From the NCBI GenBank assembly GCA_002104905.1, contig MCFE01000331.1:1-64000 (forward strand): DNA of 64,000 bases, read 5' to 3'. Shown piece after piece: positions 1 through 14,490 of the stretch. Below the pieces are notes generated by a model. The model was given only the letters and a program-made list of their open reading frames with translations, was not told where the DNA came from and searched no databases. The position numbers were made by a program, and so were the translations under genes. The first letter of the stretch is position 1, and every line of letters starts with the position of its first letter. Source of the stretch: Basidiobolus meristosporus CBS 931.73. Taxonomy: Eukaryota > Fungi > Basidiobolomycota.

Positions 1-1847
1 TTAGTATACAGTGACGACATAATCGCTGAGCACTTGCTATTTGCCATGGAGCCGAGCCAAAATACTGGGCTTGTCGCCAGTATTTCATTATTTCGATCGA
101 CTACGCGAGCTTGTAAATGGGCCGCATGAAAGTGCCCCGCCAATGCAAGGCTAAGCCATATGAATGGATAAAGCGACCAGCCTAGTAGGAATTCAGTGGA
201 GTATGCGGCCGCCACATCAAGCGCCATTGGCATAGGGACCAAGTAAGAACTATTTCACCACGGCGGAATCCCTTCGAAACATCAATTTGGCTGGATTGTG
301 CAGCTTGATACCGTTGTCTGGGGAATGCCCAGTCATGCTGCTCGCAATAATCGATTTATCAATGTGTATCAGACCACATCGGATGGATGATATCAGTTCC
401 TGAAAGTCATCATTATGCAACCACCTCACCCTTCACTTCATTTGAAACATGACTGAAGCTGCTCATATCTTGCTCATTCCTGAAGCTCTTTGATCATTTG
501 CGCGAGCTCGTTGCATGTGTCTTCCTGATTAATACCGAATTTAAACAATAAGTTATACCTATAGGGTAGACCTTAACCCACTTTCAATGGTCCACGCTCA
601 TTTAAACCACAATGTGTAATTTCAGGTCATTTATTTGGTGTGGTCCCTGGCAATGAGTGTGCATTTGCGATGATATCATCCAGAAGAGAGGTGATAAGTC
701 TTGGGCATAGTAAGCCTCTAATGCGGTTTCAGTTCCCAAGTCAATTCGACCCTATCAAGAATCTTTAGATTTGCCGGCAGTCATAACTGTCACAGGTGCA
801 TATTTTTCAAACCTTAATTGTCGGAATTGGGGTGGTGCCACGGGGCTACATATTAATTACATGACGCCAGGTAGATCGTGTTGGAATCTATCTTCATCAG
901 AATGTACAGCGGTCGCTCCGCATCCGCACCCACATCATGTTGCATACGAAAGGTGGATCCCCAAAATCTCCTAATACCATTGCATAACTCTTCAGATCAT
1001 ACGTCCATTGAACCAAGGAGATATTTAACATGTGGCCGTATTATGTCGTGGTCGGAAAGGCTCCCTCATCAGACTAGGCTGTTGGGGCGTTGCTTTTGCA
1101 TCACGATGGGGCAACCATTCAAACTGAAGCCACACGGCACTCTGTACAGTAAAATCTAGCAATCGATGTTCTGCTAACTAAACAATATATACCGTGCAAA
1201 TAGCTTACTCAATAGATATAATGATATTAGGCAGATCTATGTCTTGATTCCATCATAACTGTAAACGTTTAGTCAACTGACCACAATCTATGCAACTGCC
1301 ACCTTACATTATAAGCATAGCAAAGCAACACAAAGGGATGGGTGGCACCGGCTTAGAATGATCGGATATATCTTCATTGGGTGCACTCTGCAATCTCGGA
1401 GATTCATACTGTTAGTTACATACAATGTCAAAGATTCGATGCATCATCTTCGACTCGTACTGTGTCTACTGAAGTATTTCACAACGTAATTCATATATCT
1501 GTGTGGATTTCTACGACGGCGGGATAAAGCTCAATATCATTTATTATAACCTGCTGAAAACAATCCAGGGTTCAAGTACACTTAGGTGCAGATGGAAGGT
1601 GGTGCCTCAGATCCTTAAGTGGCGGAGGAAAGATTGCATACGAAATGTATAGGAAGATTAAGCCATGATGGCCGGAGCAGGAGGGTCTTCTCGACTTGAT
1701 ATATAAATTTCCCCTTGCCAGTGGGCTGTGTTCTTAAACGCAGGCCATAGCCCTCCAGAACACTTCTATAAATATCACCTGTTTCACTTGGATTAATCAA
1801 CTACCAATCTTTACTAATCTCTTTGGAGTGATATCTGGTTTAAACAA

Positions 1848-2813
1848 ATGATTCTTCAACCCGTTTCTTTACTCGTTGGGACTTTGACATTCTGGAAAGG
1901 GTTAGAGGCTGCACCTCACGTGGTTCAGCCGCTCAACCCTCTAGGCAACCTTGGATACCTTAACGGCTTGAGCGCAAATGCTCCACTATTGGACCTAAGC
2001 ATCAGTGTGCCCAGCGAAAAGCAGAATGGAGACAGTACTTCAATCAAACTTACGCCACAGGCACTCCCACCTGGGCTGGTGAACAGCCCATACTCAATTG
2101 ACCTACCTGAAGGGTTGAAATTCAATGCGGTCAATGATATTGTCTATGAAGGTTACGCAAGTTTAATGCGTGACTACAGCAATTCATGCCAGGAAGCGAT
2201 TCGCCGTATCGATCGCGAGTTTCCCGATGTGAAAAACTGCTCCGATGAGAATGGGCTCTATTTCAGCCAGCTAGACACCATCTGTTCGGAAGAGTGCTTG
2301 GAGACCACCGTGAACGCCTCGAAAATCATTGTGGAGGCATGCAACCAAGAAGATACTGAAGGGCTGGTGGCAGATCGTAGTTATGCTTCATGGGCGGATC
2401 ACGATACGGCCAAAGCAGCCTGCGAACCGGTAGATTTTGCAGAAAACAAACGCTGTTTGGAGGTGGTCATTGAGGCTAACATTAACCGGGAGAACCTGAA
2501 GTATAAGGAGAATGCCAAGCCATCTGAATACAAGAAGGTCCTGTGCCTCCCATGTACCGAAGAATTTTATCTCGCCACCAGAGAGGCGGAAGATATACCG
2601 AGCTTGTACTTTAATGCAATTAGCGAGCCGGAGGAGCTATTCCATGCTTTCGAAACCTATTGTGGCTACAAGTTGGTGGATAAACCTGAGGCTGACCCCG
2701 AGCCAGTCATGCCAAAGGAAAGCAAACAAGTGGAGAGCGGCCCTGCTCCTGTGAATGCCGTGCAGAAGCTGGATCATGGAATCAAGGGCGCACTGGGGGG
2801 ATTGGTAGGTTGA
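1848..2813 (+). CDS. Putative secreted cysteine-rich protein (321 aa, intronless)
   Basis: Long ATG ORF; hydrophobic N-terminus (MILQPVSLLVGTLTFWKGLEA) resembles a signal peptide; 10 Cys in a compact central domain (SCQE..KNC..LDTICSEEC..EAC..AAC..KRC..LCLPC..YC); Pro/Glu-rich tail. Confidence 0.7.
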   Translation: MILQPVSLLVGTLTFWKGLEAAPHVVQPLNPLGNLGYLNGLSANAPLLDLSISVPSEKQNGDSTSIKLTPQALPPGLVNSPYSIDLPEGLKFNAVNDIVYEGYASLMRDYSNSCQEAIRRIDREFPDVKNCSDENGLYFSQLDTICSEECLETTVNASKIIVEACNQEDTEGLVADRSYASWADHDTAKAACEPVDFAENKRCLEVVIEANINRENLKYKENAKPSEYKKVLCLPCTEEFYLATREAEDIPSLYFNAISEPEELFHAFETYCGYKLVDKPEADPEPVMPKESKQVESGPAPVNAVQKLDHGIKGALGGLVG

Positions 2814-5039
2814 ACCGACTTGATTGGTAACGCTTGTCTGAAATCACCGAGATATCTTTTGTTACGCATTCTGCTTCCCACCTTCCCCAAGTGTAGCAAT
2901 GACTGAATTATTTAACTGCAGAATAGGATGATTCTGCCTCAATTTGTAAGTAAGCTGAAATATAGTATTAGAGATAAAGTTCGAGCCCGCATCCAGTAAG
3001 GTACATATGTCCTACTAGCAATCAGTATAGAATAGCCCCGAAGAATCACCATATATGACGTACCAGTAGCCTGATGAACGTTGTTCAGCCATTTCTTGAT
3101 GCTCCCTCCACCTGCAGCAGCTATTAGCAATATGCTCATGTATTATACGTTCAAACATGATGGATATACCAAATAAAGGCAATTGTAAGCAAACTTCTCT
3201 TGCCACTGGACTTCCCTATGGAGCGGCGCTAGGAGGGTGAGTATCTGTTGGGATGTTATCCTGCACATCGAGTGCATTCGAGGCTGCTCCAGATTCACCT
3301 TTGAGTAATTTCGTCACACCAACCCTATATCTGTTGCCGCGGATCCACCTGGAGCCTAGCCACAGTCCCAGAAATCAGACTCACTTAACCGTAGCTTCAA
3401 ATGCTTCGGATTTCTCAAAGGACTTGGAATCCCTGGAGCTTCAATGCCTAAGGTATATTCTTAGTGATTGTGCCAGCCCTGATAGGATGAAGTGTTCACA
3501 GTTCCGAGATTTTGTATAATCTTTTCACATTTCCCTATGAAAAATCTCACACCTGGAATTCATCTGATAATCTGCCAGTATTCTGCTAGTGTTACAATGG
3601 TGTGTTTCTGGCATTCAGCTGGTATTTATACTTCAAATTTTTGGTTGTAAATCTTTGTAGGAGTAGCAAATAGCATATTACCAAATTTGGTATGAATGCT
3701 AGCTAGTCTATTCTCCCCCTAGAAAATATGCATGCTTGTCTACAAAATAGTTAGTACCTGAGATAATAAGAGTTGTCACTTTAGAGAAACTTGGAATTCA
3801 ACTGATATTCTGTTAGCCTTGAGTTTGTATTTTTCCCAGGGATTTTTTCACAGTAGCTGCACAATATTTGACATTGTATAGCACCATCAACTACTTCAAG
3901 GTGTTACTGATCTGATAGATCAACTACCTAGGGGTGCAGTTATCCATAGGCAGAAGCACCCAGACCATCACCTTAAGTCAGTCCAGGTATATATAAGACT
4001 CACTTCAGAGTATCAAATGTAAGATTGCAAACAAGCAGCTACCCTTATAGAGGTTTACTTTTACAAGATCAAAGACAAACTAAATCAAAAGAACTTTGTA
4101 CTATCTAGTGGTGTAGACATTGCTTATCAATATATTGTAAGCATCTCCATGCTTATTGAGCTATGAACACAAGTACCTAATCCTCATTATTGGTAGGAGT
4201 TGTTGGCCAGGACAATCTGAGCAATGGATCTGATCATATTGCTGCAGCTGATAGAATAAGCAGTAACTTACAAGGTGCTGCTGATGTCTGCTTTGAGCTT
4301 GCCTATAAGAACTTACAATAAGATCTTCTGGGATGGTCAATGCAGTTTGGGACACATTTAGAAGATGTAGAATCCACTACATCAGACAAGTTTCTTTCAT
4401 AAACAGGGCTTCTCTCATGTGACACATGATGGCAGCCAACCATGACATAGTACATCACTAAGGCATAGTAAACAGCTTCCTGTGAAACTTGAAAAGTAGT
4501 AAATAGCTTAGGAAGCTCTCTCAAGATCTACATCTATATCCAATGATCTTTACTACTATATGCCAGATACTTAAGGATGGAAATAATCAGGTAGAAATAC
4601 AGCTTTTAAAGAACAAAGCACATAAATATTGGGCATCACTTCATCAAGGAAGCTACATGATAGAACTTATTCCACTTGACTTACTGTACCATTAATGCAA
4701 TCATTGCTGATATATTCCCAATACCAATAACTGGAGACTAAACAGAATAATTTGATCACAGTACTGCCTAGCTATTGTTATTTTTTGGTGAGTCAGAGTG
4801 CAAAGTGATTTGAAAATGATTGGGTGTCTTTATAGCATTAATATCTGAAGGTCACAGGGTTTTAATTTTGTGATGGCCTTTTAGTAAGAACACCACAATT
4901 ACTTTAAATAAGGAAGAGAACTGAATAAACATGTACTATGTATTTGCCCTCATCAATATTATAACTTGAACCATCTCTAATCTTGTTCCCAGTGAAAAGT
5001 AACTGTGGTGATTTCATTAAAAGGCCTTAACAAAATTTA

Positions 5040-5645
5040 AATCCTGTGGCTAAGAAATATTAATGCTTTTAGGACACTGTGCAAAGACCATTGAAGAAAA
5101 TTGCATCTCAGAATTCACAATAAACTTGATCAATATATTTCATCACAACACTGCCCAAGTAGCTATTGATTGGTTCTCTGACAATTTGCTTACTTCTCAA
5201 TCCCTGACACCCAATCACCTTCTACATTAGTGTGCATTGATTGGCTATTGCCTCTTTTTTTCATTGGCTACTTCCTCTGTTAACATATGCTCTTACTTTT
5301 CATGCACGCAAATTTGTTATATCTGTTGAATCTTCAGTTGTAATTCAATTGCCAACTTGGCTGACCTAGACAGGTCCCTGTACTCAATACTAACATTAAT
5401 CCCAGCCTCACACTCAACAAGTAACTTCATCAAAATCTACCATTCAACATGTATTTCTGCCACTGTGCTCTTTTTCCATGACATTGTTAGGAGCTCTACA
5501 GCTTTATGCCATTATTCATTTGCTGATTCCCATGTATCCTGTTCTTCAGCTGGTATTGAAAAGTCCAGCTCTTCATCCACCAGTCTTTATAATAAGCTCT
5601 TGCAATATTTAAGAGCATATTCTTCAGCACTGGCTGTTTGAGCAA
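5040..5645 (-). repeat. Unclassified interspersed repeat 'family X' fragment
   Basis: Clear nucleotide similarity to 37480-38070 and 51300-51950 (shared translated motif EYCK.LL..L.DE..L..PA..QD.WE..NE.WHKA). Confidence 0.6.
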
Positions 5646-5790
5646 CTCTGAGAAATTTCATGTTCTGGGTGCCTGATGTTTTAGTGAGAATGATCCAATT
5701 AAGTCCAAACAAGGAAGTTAGTAGGCATTTCAAAGATTTGAAGGTAGTTATTTATGTAACTAATTCAGGTGAGTATCTGGGTGGAATTAT
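5646..5790 (-). mobile_element. Partial Copia-family LTR
   Basis: Matches the core of the 350-bp LTR at 42084-42433 (ttcatgttctgggt.cctga... gtgagtatctgggtggaatt). Confidence 0.6.
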
Positions 5791-5869
5791 AAGTCATAAA
5801 ATGCTCCCACTCTGCTAAATACTCATATTACCAAATCCTGTTTATGATATAAGTTATTCAATTTTGTTG

Positions 5870-8800
5870 CCATTCAATGGTTTAGTAAATATATCTGCAA
5901 TTGCTTCATCTGAGAGACATTACACTAAGCTAAGTAAGTCATTATCTGTAGCTTCAGATATTAAATGATTACAAATATCTATACACTTAGTTCTATCATA
6001 AAAAGCTGGACATTTACCTGAAAGTGTATATCTTTCATTATCTTGAAATAATGTCATGGGGCTTTTGTCATAAGCCCAAGTCTTTCAGCAGCTTTCTTGA
6101 CTACACTGCTTCTTTCATAGCTTCACATGTGGCCATATACTCTGCCTCTGTTGAGGAAAGTGATATTGTTGGTTGCTTTCTTGAGTTCCATTATATTGCT
6201 CCTTTACAGTAAGTTAATGTGTACACTATGGTAGATATTTTGACTTCTGAATCTTGTCCACAATCAGCATCAGAGTATCAACAAGATTCTGCTCTGAATC
6301 CTGATAGGTGCACCTTAAGCAGGTATCTGTAAATCCATTTGAGTATCTAAAGATCCACTAGACTGCTGCAATATGATATGATCTATAGTACTAGTTATGC
6401 TGGCTGACTATTTCCACTGAATACAAGTTGTCTAGATGTGGTATAAGCATACTATATAGCAGACTACCAGCTATAGATTTGTAAGGGAACCTTGAGCTCT
6501 CACATGGTACTAAGCTCCAAGCTCTCTTGATTTGGTTGACTTTTGACAAAGTCAAGGTTTGCCTCACTTGGGGTTGCTGCAGGTTTATAGTTTTCAGTTT
6601 GGTACTTCTTTGGTATATCTTCAATATACTTGGACTGGGATAGGGTGATAGTCTGGGTACCTCTATCCCTGGATACTTTATTCCCAAGTAGTACTCTGCT
6701 CCTCTAGATTGGATATTTTGAACTTGTTAGATAAGTTGGATTTAGTTTCTTCCAATGTTTCTTGCTTATTAGTTGCTAAACTAATATCATTCACATTTAG
6801 ACCTAATTGTAATATATGTACTCTATCTAACTTATAGTGGATACCATAGTCAGTAGTACCTCATTGGAAGCTCAAAGATTCCAAATAAGAATTTTACTTG
6901 CAACTGCTGTAAGAGTCTTAGAGACTTTGGAAGTGATTGGGAGGACAAGTAGAATATCTGGTTTTTGCTTAATTATTTATTGAATGGAAAAGTAGCATTG
7001 ATACTTTTACATAGTCTTGGCATACCAGACACACAGAATAGGCCTAGGAAGGTCTCAAGAACATGTGTGCAGAGTTTGGGGCTGTTAAGACAACCTTGAG
7101 AATTTTCATGTTCTGGGTACCTGGCATTTTGGTAAAAATATTCCAAGTAAATCCCAACAAGAAATTTGGTCAGTGTTCCCTAGGATTTGAAGGTAATAAT
7201 CTAAGTGACTAAGTTAGGTGAATATTTAGGTGGAATCACAAATTTGTACAACAGCCACTCAAGGCTCTTGGTGATTATTTGAGACCATATAGAGATTTTG
7301 TAAGGTTGTAGATCAAGTGGGGGTTATTTTTATCCACAAGCCCATCTGGCTGGTCCATATACATGTCCCCATCAAGTCTCATTCAGAAATGTAGATTTAC
7401 ATGGATTTGATGTGTAGAAACTCATACTTGGCTGCAATAGCTAATATTAGTCTATTGGAATTAAACTTGGCACCCAGTCAAAGGCTTCAGCATAGTCCAG
7501 TCCTTTTGTTTGAGAGTATCCTTTAGTCACAAGTCTTGCTATTGATCTGACAATTACACTATCAGCCTTGTTGTTTATTCTTGAGGACCCATCTACTTCC
7601 AATTGATATTTCTTGATTGGTAGCTTGACTAACTCACTGTTGTGCATCAACATTTAAAACTTGGCCAATTTCACTCCATTAGAAAATCTAGTACCCTAAT
7701 TGACTTTCCCTAACCCAAACATAACTAATCCCTGTTATGATTTATTTTATCACTTCTCAGAATTTATTTTTAGCTGTCACAGCTGATTAATTTTCATGTG
7801 GTCATTACATACTCAACTGATCTGCTAAGCCTTTCCAAGTGATTAGTCATCAGAGATTTATCCAACCACTTAGCAGTTGCCAAGACATCAGCTGATTAAT
7901 GATGCAATTTTTCATTTATCTTATGCACCTATCAACACCCCAACAGATTTCAATTAGTTCAGTCTCTTGGTGCTTACTAATGCAACTCAATCAGAAAAGT
8001 ATAAATAAAGTTTACTGAACCGTTTGGTTTAGTGTATGTCTCAATGAAATTCAGAATTCAACAAATCCATTCTAGTTTCTACCCAAGCTTAGCATATCTA
8101 GCACTCTCAAGAACACCAAGCCTAGCCTGCATAGCAAGCCTACTCTGTTACCTTTATAGCCTAACTCAGCTATATATAAGACCAATATTAGACCAGAACC
8201 TCTCTGCTAATATTTCTGACACTCTTGACAATTCTAAGATTCTGCACTTAGTTGTCACTTAGGTTCAGTCGACTCATTCAAGAGTTTTATTACACTTTTC
8301 TCTTGGATACAACACTCCCCAGCTTAATGCTTCATCAGTGCCTGATACTCCTTTGTCATTGCAGATCTCCAAGAATTTGTGCAAGAGCTATTTGGGCCTC
8401 TTTTACAGTCCAGGGCCCATTAATATGGACTGAAAAGGCATAGGCTAAGTTGGCACCCTCATCAATATGATAATTTGGGCTATTTCTAATCTAGTTGAAT
8501 CTCCTGCCTTGTGGTACAGAGATGATAACTTCTAGGATGTTCCTGGGCACTGACTCAGGCCAAACTACAGCTTTAGAGTCCTCAGGAGAGAGGAAATTGT
8601 CATTGTTATGCTCCAATTCAATTCTGACTATTGGTGCACAAGAGATTGGATTATTACCATTGTGTGATATACTTTTTTGTAAATATTATTGTTTTTCATC
8701 AAGCAGCACAGTTTTGGTCCTGATCAGCTTCCTTCTTTTGATATAACAGAGTCTGTATGCCCTACTCTAATTGTAATAACCCAAAGGTATGCTTTTTACA

Positions 8801-9330
8801 CTTTTAGGCTCAAATTTTGAACAATTTCTGGACAGTTTCTTGGCAAATGCTTTGCAACCAAGTATTACTAGGTGATCTGCACTTGACCTATAACCATAAT
8901 GTGCCTCAAATAGAGTAGAATCACAGAGTACTCTGCCACAACACATATCTAAAGTTATGCAGCTGTAGCAACTGACTCCACCCATAAAGCATAGCACAAT
9001 ATTTGATCATTGATCATATATCTTCCCATATCAGTTATTGCTCTGTTGGCACAATCTGATGCTCCATTTTGTTGTGGGGAATATTGTATAGCAGCTGCTT
9101 GCCTTATCCCATGTATATTGCAGAAGTCAATGAAGAGTTTGGAAGTATATTAACTACCATTATCTGGGCATATTTTCTTGCTTTCATTGCCAGTTTCTCT
9201 CTCCATCAGAGCTTTAAGCTCCCTGAGCTTAGACAGGGCTTTTTCCTTTCTTTCCATGAAGTAGACCCACATGTATCTTGTATAATGATCAATAAACTTG
9301 ATTAAAAACCTCATTCAGCTATGTACAAAT
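5870..9330 (-). mobile_element. Decayed Ty1/Copia pol (integrase C-terminus, RT, RNase H), interrupted by insertions
   Basis: Minus-strand motifs: HLVILGCKAF..KFEPKSVKSIPLGYY (integrase), ARLVTKGYSQTKGLDYAEAF (RVT_2), SRKQPTISLSSTEAEYMATCEA and IADIFTKPL (RNase H); many stops and frameshifts. Confidence 0.85.
6905..7253 (-). mobile_element. Solo Copia LTR inserted in the Copia RT region
   Basis: 349 bp, TG...CA ends, full-length match to the 42084-42433 LTR; flanks GCAAC/GCCAC are a 5-bp TSD with one mismatch. Confidence 0.85.
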
Positions 9331-9662
9331 TTTGCATAGGCCCACAAAATCTGTATGAGTTAAATCTGATTTTTTTTAAGTTTTGGATATGTCAGAGCTC
9401 TTGAATGGTTATCTGGCAGGTTTCCTCAGTATGCAGGCTTCACAGTGACTCTAATTGGCTAGGGGATCAATTCCTACTGCATAAATTAGCTAATTTTTTA
9501 TCATTTTGCTCAAATATCTAAGGTTGATAAATTCAAATCTCCTGCACCATAGCATTGCTAATTTGTACTTACATTTGCTTCCAGATATGTTGGAATATAT
9601 GCCAGCTTGTATAAAATCTAATCTCTGATACCCTATAAAGTATGGATACCATTTTGGAAACA

Positions 9663-9950
9663 GTTGTAAATATTTGTAATTTAACCCAAATATTTACCTG
9701 AATCAGTCACTTGATCATTATTTACAAATATTTAAGAGCTCCAACCAAATCTCTTATTTGGATTTATTTGTAATACAATAACCAACACATCAGGTACCCA
9801 AAACATGAAATTTCTCAAAGTTGCTCAAACAGCCCCAAAACTTGGCACACATGCTCTTTGGGCCTTCTTCACTATATTCTACATGCTGGTTTGGTCATGA
9901 CAATGTAAATGTACAAATACTACTCTTACACTTCACAAATCTTTAACAAA
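9663..9950 (+). mobile_element. Degenerate Copia-family LTR
   Basis: Contains the LTR core caggtacccaaaacatgaaa...cagccccaaaacttggcacacatgctc. Confidence 0.7.
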
Positions 9951-10102
9951 CACCTTTAGTAGAGCAGTCTTCTCCCATTAAAACATGCCAAAGGCCTCTT
10001 TCCTGTAGCAGCATCTTCATCTTCACCTTCCAGGCTTGGCAGTTAGATTCAATTAACCTTCAAGCAGAGGGAGAGATTCCAGTAATATAAGTGTTAGACA
10101 TT

Positions 10103-10488
10103 GGACTTGTTCTGTTGGATAATGTAACATTAAGCCATGAATGCCAAGTAGTGCTATTGTGTACCAGAAAGGTGTAGCAGACCTAAATTTGGTCACAGAG
10201 TGTGAAGCATTGTACTTCATGTTCATGCAAAGCAGCCCCTATGTTTTACCTATTGTGCTGGGGAAAATCCATTTATTGATCTTTTTTGGGGATCAATGTT
10301 GTGCAGGATGTGTAAGTGCACAGGAGGACTGAAGATATCTATCTGGTACTCAATACCTATGACACTCTGAATCTAGCTCCTGCAGCTTGTAACATGTCAC
10401 AAAAAAGCATGGCACTATCTTGGTCTGCTGGTACTAACTGGCACTATGAGTGCTTTGTATAGGTTCACTTTAGGGCTAATATTTAAAT
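10103..10488 (+). mobile_element. Half copy (one arm + loop) of the fold-back PHIS MITE
   Basis: Starts ATT|GGACTTGTTCTGTTGGATA; aligns with the left arm and 40-bp spacer of 62679-63393; stops right after the spacer. Confidence 0.8.
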
Positions 10489-13324
10489 AATTAAAAGTTT
10501 TAGGTATGATTGCAGTAAGTAAATGAAACATCTAGGTGTAATTACAAAATTTACAGCAGCGCATTGTGTTTTAAAGTGGTATTCGTATGGGTAATGTTGA
10601 GCTCAGATCATAAATTGCACACTGCTGATATTGTCTATGCACTCCAATAGTATCATACTGGTGGTCTACTGTCATTTTCTGATAAACTTTCAAACGTGTA
10701 TTGTAAGAGTCAGTGCACCAACTGCTAACATGCACGATGTAAAAATGGTCAAGTCACAGCACTTCTTAAGGTTTATGTCAGCTTGGCATCCGGAAGACTG
10801 GAACTTCCAATAATCAGAGTTGTACCTGTGAGAAAAATTAAATATTTCCTGGTGTTGAAATGATATTGGAGTAGTGTTTAGTATATTTGGCTATGGAGAT
10901 GGGTATAAAATAAATTCAAATGATATTTCACTAGGTTAATAAAATATGTTGAGAACACTATTCTGACTAATGGTGTCATCTGGATCAAAGTCAACCTCAA
11001 AGCCCTTTCACCGAGACAAGATACTATGACCACTGGCAGTCATTATATACCATTATATTTCCCATACACTTTTGAATTAATACTTTTCATCGTTAATCCA
11101 TGGCTCAACTGAAATGATAAACTCCCAAGGTATAATAGATTAATCTGGCCATCCGTCAGCATTTTGTCTCTTCTAATTCGAACAATCTGAAAAATACATG
11201 GTTTGGGTACAATAACATACATAGTATTAGCGAGTATCCTGAGAACTCTGGTACTCGTGGAACTAAGTACGTTACAGTGTAAGATTGGAGTAGCATCATA
11301 CCTGCAGATGGTGCCACAGGGGAATATTGCCGAGACAAACTAAGGAAAAGTTGAAATCGCCATACAAATAATCAACAAAATTTCGGTGCACATAATTCAG
11401 GGATTCTTGCAGGCATTAGAGCGAGTTTGGCACAATGTGCCCAGAAATCACGGAGTCATCAGCAATTACCAGGGCCAGCCACATGCTACGAATGATCTAC
11501 AGGATTTGTAGAGAGGGTCTAGTAACCTAGGCAGAGTGAGAGGACACCTCATACATATTGCCTGTTGCCTGGAGTATGTATATTCCAGCTAAGGTTTTTT
11601 TCAATGAAACTTTGTACTCACGCTGCGTAAAACCCCGATTGCGAACGATAAACCATCTAAATGGTTGTATATACGAGATATTCACTTGTATCTTAACAAA
11701 AATACCACCCAGTATCCTTTGTATCCTTTGGGGAGAGTCCGCATGTCCCCAACCTGAACCCTAAATTGAATATCCGAACATTATCAATCACGAATACTTG
11801 ATTATTTGAACTCCTGTTGTGATGTGAAACAGATGTAACTGGCATCTTCTTCGTCAGGCTTCCGATGCTCTGTCAATCGAGCTAGTTTGGGCTACACTTC
11901 ACTCATCAAAACAACCTTCGCCTGCTGGGTGTTTCCTTGAAACGCGACGTATGAATAGAGCAACCAGCTGAGCAATCTTATAATAGTAGCCATGCGTCGA
12001 ACGCCATGCAGCCCAGCAAGATATGGTTAGCGTTTTCGGAAATGAAAAAGGCAGCGCCCACAGGTGTTAAGTTGCCCACCTATGGCCGCACCTTAGTGAG
12101 GATGCAGTGGATTGGCAAAAATGGATGTGCAGCAATCCAAAAATAGCATTTTAATGGAGAGGCCATAGCGATACACGGATGCCTCATCAATCAACCGCAC
12201 CTACGGTTGATCAACTGTTCTGGACTTTCGCCCAATACCATTGCGTTCATATACGGGAAGTAGGTACGGATTTTACATAGGTAAATATGTATTCATTTAT
12301 ATGGAATGTAGTGTGCTATTGCGAAGTGAGTGGATCAGGGATAATACAGGGAAATGAGGTGTAACCTGAAGCCATCCAGGGCACAGAAACAGCAAGCCGT
12401 GAATGAACGGAGCTAAGGCTAGACTTACAGTCTTCCTCAATCCCGAACAATTCTGCCATGGAGCGGCCACGATGTCGACGCTGTTGACCACGGTATCCTC
12501 ATTATTAGCATACCCGCTTTGCCGACACTGGCGCCATTGGTCGGGCATCCTCTAAACCAGAGAATCTCACCATTTGGCTGCGTTATCCCCGAATAGTCAT
12601 TGACGGTAATGATTGGATATGTCGACTGTGCTGATCCTTTCTTTTAACAAATTACTGTTGACATCTGTAATAAATGGTCTGAATGGCATGCCAACTAATT
12701 CATGAGAATCGGTGTTCACTTGGAATCCCATCATCGACCCGGCCGAGCTGCGAAGACCCCTGATAATGCAATGGCTCGATCGATAGCAATGCCATATTAA
12801 CCGGAGTCCCTTTATTGGCGGTTGGTACTTTCGCTTTCGAGCAGTTCGCCCCAAAACCCTTTTGCTTTGGAGAGACGCCAGAGCTAGATATCAATACAGC
12901 CCGCAATGGGAGTCACGGGACCCTCCCCAGTCGCTGAGTGAGTCAATAGATGAGTGTACAGATGGTCAATTGGATTCAGATGCGTACGGAGGTGGCTACG
13001 TGGCTTGGCCTTAGGGTTAGGGCTCACATCCACGGCAGATCGTTCACAGAGATCATCTCCGGCGGCAATAGCACCTCAAGAAGCTGTCAACCTGGGGTTG
13101 TATACCACCGATCTTAGCCATCTTCCATTGGACCACCCAAGCGAATGTCGCAGGCAATTAATTAAGATTGCCGGAATCTATTCCAAAGATCACTTCACCC
13201 ATGGACTTTGCAGCAGATTTACGCAAGTGGCGGATGGCGGATGGTAGAGCTGGATTTGCTCAGATGAGAGCACGAGGAATCTTGGATACTAAATAAATCC
13301 AACGTCTAATCCAGTACGCACAAC

Positions 13325-13518
13325 ATGACTCATGCGGTCGACTGGTTGGTGTGGATTGGAATTTCGCAAAACTGGTTTCCACTTCATTCAGTCTTCCACA
13401 ATAAGCAGTTCACTGGACTAACTGGTAAGGAAAAAAGTTTCGCTAGTCTGAGATAAGGATCATCGCAATGCGTCAGCATTCGAGGCAAGTGGCTTTGAGC
13501 GCGGACAAAGCTATAAAA
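13325..13518 (+). promoter_or_regulatory. THI4 promoter: Gcn4/AP-1-like ATGACTCAT (13325-13333) and TATAAAA (13512-13518)
   Basis: Exact motif matches ~250 bp and ~65 bp upstream of the ATG; function inferred only. Confidence 0.45.
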
Positions 13519-13579
13519 GGCGCCGTGGGTCCACCGGTGCTCATCACTCAACTGAAGTAAAGTTACAGCTGTATTCGAA

Positions 13580-14490
<911 letters not shown>

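Larger units (their letters stand above)
3520..10560. repeat. CpG-depleted block of decayed, nested transposon fragments
   Basis: CG dinucleotides nearly absent, TG/CA abundant, no long ORFs; contains Copia pol motifs, several copies of one LTR, a half-MITE and a copy of repeat family X. Confidence 0.85.

Noticed and set aside
7730-8230. TGTTATG-starting AT-rich insert in the Copia remnant as another solo LTR
   Set aside because: No clear 3' end, TSD or second copy in the window.
10600-13300. Short ORFs and gene-like fragments upstream of THI4
   Set aside because: No recognisable motif or coherent exon chain.
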